Below are positions 32,838-36,479 of a stretch of 36,479 nucleotides of DNA, one piece after another (positions within the stretch are counted from its first letter, which is position 1; the number at the start of each line of letters is the position of its first letter). The translations under genes and the position numbers were made by a program. Origin of the DNA: a virus. The stretch lies in IMG/VR virus record IMGVR_UViG_3300018083_000021. One strand, given 5' to 3'. The notes under the pieces were generated by a model that was not told the DNA's origin, ran no database searches, and worked only from the letters and a program-made list of their open reading frames with translations.

Positions 32838-33019
32838 ATTGCAAATCTTGTGGCTATGGTAATTCTCGTGTAGTAGAGACTACGCAAAACGAACGTACAA
32901 ATCATGTGATGAGAAGACGCGAATGCATCAAGTGCGGTATGCGATATACAACTCAAGAGCATATTCATGATAGGCCTAACTTTAAAACTCCTCCCCCCAA
33001 GTCGGTGCTTGAGAAATGA
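32834..33019 (+). CDS. NrdR-type C4 zinc-ribbon protein lacking the ATP-cone (61 aa)
   Basis: MNCKSCGYGNSRVVETTQNERTNHVMRRRECIKCGMRYTTQE aligns without gaps to the NrdR N-terminus as I recall it, [42 protein letters not shown]. ATGA overlaps occur at both ends. Confidence 0.7.
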   Translation: MNCKSCGYGNSRVVETTQNERTNHVMRRRECIKCGMRYTTQEHIHDRPNFKTPPPKSVLEK

Positions 33020-34581
33020 ACCTAACCGCATCAGCCATAGCCCGCAGAATTGCAGAAATAGAAGAATCACGCCGCAAAGGCACAGAGCAACAAATAACCA
33101 TTAACGATACAGGGATGATAATACATGCTTCTGACCAGGATAAAATCTATGTTCCGACTGCGACCGGTAGTATTGCTCATGACAATAATAGCTTTGTGCG
33201 TGTCATTATGGGCCCTTACGGAAGTGGAAAGTCAACGTGGGCAGCTTGCGAAATTGTTAAGCGAGCCTGTGAGATGCCAATATGGCACAGTGGACGACGA
33301 CGAAGCCGATGGGGAATTGTACGAAATACCAGTGGTGAACTATCAACAACTACCCTTGCCACATGGCTCGCATGGTTCGAAGAGCTAGGCGATATACGTA
33401 AGCGTCAGAAGCCCATCATGACCTATGAGCATACGTTTAATGATGGTCATGGCATAGTGGAGCTGGAGCTGTTATTCATCGCCCTTGATAGGCCAGAAGA
33501 TGTTAGAAAGATTAAGTCTTTAGAGTTGACTGGATGCTATATCAATGAGCTATCAGAGGTTCCAAAGGCGGCCTTGGCTCATATGAAGGGTCGAGTTAAT
33601 CGCTATCCTTCTAAAGCATTTTGTCACGAGCCTTACTGGTCGGGCATTATTGCGGACACCAATCCGCCCGAGGATGACCACTGGATATTCAAAGACTTTG
33701 AGGAGCAAGCATTTGACCATCACATTCTATTCAAACAACCTCCGGGATTAATCAAGAATGATGATAACAAGTGGGTACGAAATCCATTGGCTGATAATGC
33801 TAGTCATTTGCCTGATAATTACTATGAGATGCTTGCCGAAGGACAGTCTCAAGAGTTTATTAAGGTATTTTGTCTTGGTGAGTATGGGTCTGTTGGCTTT
33901 GGTAAACGTGTGTATCCTGAGTTTAATCCTGACTTTCATGCGGTGGACTCACTGGCTGCAATACAAGGCGAGCAGCTTATTTTGGGCTGGGATTTTGGGC
34001 TTACTCCTGCTTGCACTGTGTTGCAATTATCTCCCCGTGGGCAGCTTTTGATTCTCAAAGAATATGTGGGTGATGGTATGGGAATTAGAACCTTTGCAGA
34101 ATCTATTGTAATGCCTGGGTTGCTTGTAGACTTTCCTTATTGCAAAGTTGGTGACTTGTCCATAGCCGACCCCGCAGGGGCTGCACGTGATCAGATAATT
34201 GAAGAAATGAGCTGTATTGGTGAGCTTAACTCATTGGGCATCCCAACACGTGCCGCTCGCACAAATGACATTGACCCACGCATAGGTTCTGTTAAATACT
34301 TCTTAAACAAGATGGTTGACGGTAAGCCCGGTTTAGTTCTTGATAGGCGCAAATGCCCGACACTGTTTAAAGGTTTTGTGAAAGACTATATCTTTGCGCG
34401 GGTGGCTGTATCAGGTGAAGAGCGCTATAAGGACAAGCCAAATAAGAACATGGCCTCACATCCCATGGATGCGCTTGGTTATGCATGTTTAGAGATAGCT
34501 AGTGATAGAATAGCGGTAGATAAAATGGGTGAGAATAGGCATGAGAATATGTTTAATCCGGGATTCAGGTGGCAGGGATGA
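33016..34581 (+). CDS. terL: Terminase large subunit
   Basis: The Walker A motif is GPYGSGKST and the Walker B-like motif is LTGCYINELSE. The C-terminal nuclease-type acidic motifs are GWDFG and SIADPAGAARD. The protein is 521 aa. Confidence 0.9.
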   Translation: MNLTASAIARRIAEIEESRRKGTEQQITINDTGMIIHASDQDKIYVPTATGSIAHDNNSFVRVIMGPYGSGKSTWAACEIVKRACEMPIWHSGRRRSRWGIVRNTSGELSTTTLATWLAWFEELGDIRKRQKPIMTYEHTFNDGHGIVELELLFIALDRPEDVRKIKSLELTGCYINELSEVPKAALAHMKGRVNRYPSKAFCHEPYWSGIIADTNPPEDDHWIFKDFEEQAFDHHILFKQPPGLIKNDDNKWVRNPLADNASHLPDNYYEMLAEGQSQEFIKVFCLGEYGSVGFGKRVYPEFNPDFHAVDSLAAIQGEQLILGWDFGLTPACTVLQLSPRGQLLILKEYVGDGMGIRTFAESIVMPGLLVDFPYCKVGDLSIADPAGAARDQIIEEMSCIGELNSLGIPTRAARTNDIDPRIGSVKYFLNKMVDGKPGLVLDRRKCPTLFKGFVKDYIFARVAVSGEERYKDKPNKNMASHPMDALGYACLEIASDRIAVDKMGENRHENMFNPGFRWQG

Positions 34582-34820
34582 GATTTGATATTAGTGTGAG
34601 CACAAGCTTTTTAGGTTACTCTAAAGTTTTGAAAGTCGTATTATTTAGTAAATCCGATGAAGAACATGCCAAGGATGAATATAATTCTGGCATTTACGAT
34701 TGTTGCGCAACTGTCCCTGATGACAAGAGTGCTTTTTTAAGCATGATAGAAGATTGCGTGAATTTATGTCTTAGAACTTATGAAGAATCATTGAGTGAAA
34801 AAAATGAAACTCAAATGTAA
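34578..34820 (+). CDS. Hypothetical protein (80 aa)
   Basis: ATG 34578 forms an ATGA overlap with the terL stop. The track start 34569 is a GTG. Confidence 0.5.
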   Translation: MRFDISVSTSFLGYSKVLKVVLFSKSDEEHAKDEYNSGIYDCCATVPDDKSAFLSMIEDCVNLCLRTYEESLSEKNETQM

Positions 34821-34971
34821 GTATTGCGACAAATATTACCAGACAGTCCATCAATGCGATAAATGTCCTCAATGCGCCTGTGAGTTTCAACGCATACTTA
34901 ATAAAACAATGAACAAAGTAACAGAATGTGTAATAGCCATGGGCGGCAAAGACGTAACGGAGGATAAGTAA
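34804..34971 (+). CDS. Small zinc-ribbon protein (55 aa), missing from the track
   Basis: The product starts MKLKCKYCDKYYQTVHQCDKCPQCACEF. Its TAA overlaps the next ATG (TAATG). Confidence 0.5.
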   Translation: MKLKCKYCDKYYQTVHQCDKCPQCACEFQRILNKTMNKVTECVIAMGGKDVTEDK

Positions 34972-35168
34972 TGCATACGGCAATCGACATGACAGCGCTT
35001 CTGCATGATTTAAAGAGCATCGCATTAGAGATACAATCTATCAAATCCCATCAGCAATATATGGATGAAATGATAAACCATTTGCATAAAGAAAATGCTA
35101 AACTTAAGTTTTTACTGGAAGATGTAATCACTGAAATAGGCAGAGATGCCAATCAACCTAAGGACTGA
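34971..35168 (+). CDS. Hypothetical coiled-coil protein (65 aa)
   Basis: The ORF is translationally coupled to its upstream gene. Confidence 0.5.
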   Translation: MHTAIDMTALLHDLKSIALEIQSIKSHQQYMDEMINHLHKENAKLKFLLEDVITEIGRDANQPKD

Positions 35169-35171
35169 ATC

Positions 35172-35432
35172 ATGACCGCTCAATCAGCTATAACCCTAAT
35201 ACTAGACTTTGCAGGTGAGAACAACAATGTTGTCCCACGCATGGGAAGGTTGCATTGCCCGAATAACACATTGTCACAGATAGCAGCGGCAGGATTTTTG
35301 GATAATTACTTGCACACACAGAACATTGCATTGTTGGCCACAGACTTTGTGGCAGCTGTTGGTTCTAATGGACACCAATGGTACAAGCCTGTGTTCACTG
35401 CGGGCTCTTGCCAGTTAACAGTTTTACCATAA
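35172..35432 (+). CDS. Hypothetical protein (86 aa)
   Basis: The ORF starts 3 nt after the previous stop. Confidence 0.5.
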   Translation: MTAQSAITLILDFAGENNNVVPRMGRLHCPNNTLSQIAAAGFLDNYLHTQNIALLATDFVAAVGSNGHQWYKPVFTAGSCQLTVLP

Positions 35433-35453
35433 ACAGAGAAAGGAGAAGTACAG

Positions 35454-35711
35454 ATGTTATTTCAAGATGCATTAGCAAAATTGCATGAAGGCGCTCCAAT
35501 GAGACGCGCTTGCTGGACAGCAGAAGATGGTTATTTGACATTAATGCCTAGCATGGAATATGTATGGAAGATTGTATTACTTCCTAATCCAAACGCGGGT
35601 AATTTTATATTCAAAGTCGAAGACTTTATGGCCGATGACTGGGAAGAGTTTGTAGAAGCTAAAGAGCTTATCGAAGGCTTTAACGATGCTAAAGATGCAG
35701 AACATGAGTAA
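35454..35711 (+). CDS. DUF2829 (Tad2-like) protein, copy 3 (85 aa)
   Basis: It begins MLFQDALAKLHEGAPMRRACWTAEDGYL and contains ...FMADDWEEF. AGGAGA lies upstream. Confidence 0.6.
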   Translation: MLFQDALAKLHEGAPMRRACWTAEDGYLTLMPSMEYVWKIVLLPNPNAGNFIFKVEDFMADDWEEFVEAKELIEGFNDAKDAEHE

Positions 35712-35737
35712 AAATCTCTTATATTAGAGGTTTAAAG

Positions 35738-35769
35738 CGTGACTTTGCGTAAATTTCGTTAAAGTCACG
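35738..35769 (+). promoter_or_regulatory. Hairpin upstream of the portal gene
   Basis: CGTGACTTT (35738-35746) pairs with AAAGTCACG (35761-35769), giving 9-bp arms and a 14-nt loop. A T-rich stretch follows. It could be a terminator/attenuator or a protein-binding site. Confidence 0.4.
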
Positions 35770-35801
35770 ATATATTTATTAACCCTAAGGATGGGGTAGA
35801 C

Positions 35802-36479
35802 ATGGAAATCGTTGCCGACGAATTACCTATTGATGAAATTGATGAGATTAACGCGAAGCTCCAAGAACGCATGGAAGAAGCTGGCATTGATGAGGCGGAG
35901 GTCTTAAAAAAGTGCCGAGAAGATTTAGTCCTTTGGGATGGGTATTTCGGTGAAAACACGGTTCGCGGCAAGGATGACATGAACTTTGTATTGCGTGACC
36001 AATGGTCAACCGTGGAAAGGTCAGAGTTCACACGTCTATTTAAACCCGCCATGTCATTTAACAAACTCTATGACACCACAAAGAAGGTTTTAGGCGAACA
36101 GCGTAAAAATAAGCCCGATTTAATAGTGCGTTCTCTCACAGGCAAAGCATCTGAACAACAAATAGATTTAAGAGCCGATTTAGTACGCACAATATCTTAT
36201 CAATCACAAAACGACCTTGTATACCAGACGGCATTTAGGCAAGCTCTAATGATGGGCTATGGGGCTTTTGAGATAGTTTTAGAATACGAGAATCCCACAT
36301 CATTCAATCAAGTTATCAAATATGAGCTTATTCCTGATGTAACGCGCACATCGTTCGATCCAATGGCCATGAAGCCACACAAGGGTGACGGGAACTTTTG
36401 CGCACGCCAATATGTTTATACAAAAGAAGAATTCTACGCTACATATCCTAATGTCATGAATCCTGTTAGCTATTCCGAC
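35802..36479 (+). CDS. Portal protein, N-terminal part. It is 3'-open at the window end and continues at base 124 through the overlap.
   Basis: ATG 35802 has AAGGA 11 nt upstream. The frame has no stop to the window end and runs into GAT CCA ATG GCC ATG AAG, which is bases 1-18. The ORF track misses it because it has no stop codon. Confidence 0.85.
   Translation, partial: MEIVADELPIDEIDEINAKLQERMEEAGIDEAEVLKKCREDLVLWDGYFGENTVRGKDDMNFVLRDQWSTVERSEFTRLFKPAMSFNKLYDTTKKVLGEQRKNKPDLIVRSLTGKASEQQIDLRADLVRTISYQSQNDLVYQTAFRQALMMGYGAFEIVLEYENPTSFNQVIKYELIPDVTRTSFDPMAMKPHKGDGNFCARQYVYTKEEFYATYPNVMNPVSYSD
36357..36479. repeat. Terminal direct repeat (copy 2), identical to 1-123
   Basis: Base-for-base identity with the first 123 nt. 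Confidence 0.95.

Noticed and set aside
1-36479. A check for CRISPR arrays, transposases/IS elements and long interspersed repeats.
   Set aside because: I saw no regularly spaced direct repeats with unique spacers, and no transposase-like ORF or terminal inverted repeats. The only long repeat is the 123-bp terminal overlap.

Overview
The window is one complete dsDNA phage genome of 36,356 bp, circularly closed or circularly permuted. It carries a 123-bp terminal overlap: bases 1-123 are identical to 36357-36479. The portal gene runs across the window ends.

The morphogenesis genes look P22-like. They include a small and a large terminase, a ~727-aa portal with a C-terminal coiled coil, a scaffold, a P22-type coat, a gp10-like stabilisation protein, ejection-type proteins and several tail fibres. 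This points to a short-tailed phage of an AT-rich, probably Gram-negative host. GC content was not computed and the host cannot be named from the sequence.

Two divergent arms leave an AT-rich hub at 28003-28292.
- The plus arm carries a replication organiser, a VRR-NUC nuclease, a minus-strand three-gene islet, lysis, packaging, head and tail genes. It wraps through the junction and ends at 17153.
- The minus arm carries about 30 small early genes and ends at 17150, overlapping the last fibre gene by 4 nt. They include an RHH regulator, an acidic protein, a Sak4-like ATPase, a DUF669 protein, a tRNA-like gene and many Cys4 mini-proteins.
- Three plus-strand islands interrupt the minus arm: an HNH endonuclease, a collagen-like/BclA-C1q-like protein, and a small gene plus a secreted 465-aa protein.

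I recognised no integrase, CI-type repressor, DNA polymerase, helicase, spanin, CRISPR array or transposase.

The best candidates for new biology are:
- three divergent DUF2829 (Tad2-like) genes;
- a stand-alone NrdR-type zinc ribbon translationally coupled to the large terminase;
- the collagen-like and secreted-protein morons;
- a tandem-paralog mini-operon at 30055-30646;
- a tRNA-like gene with an aberrant anticodon arm;
- a structured intergenic element with mutually exclusive hairpins at 27193-27251.

All functional calls rest on motifs read by eye and family signatures recalled from memory. No searches were run.
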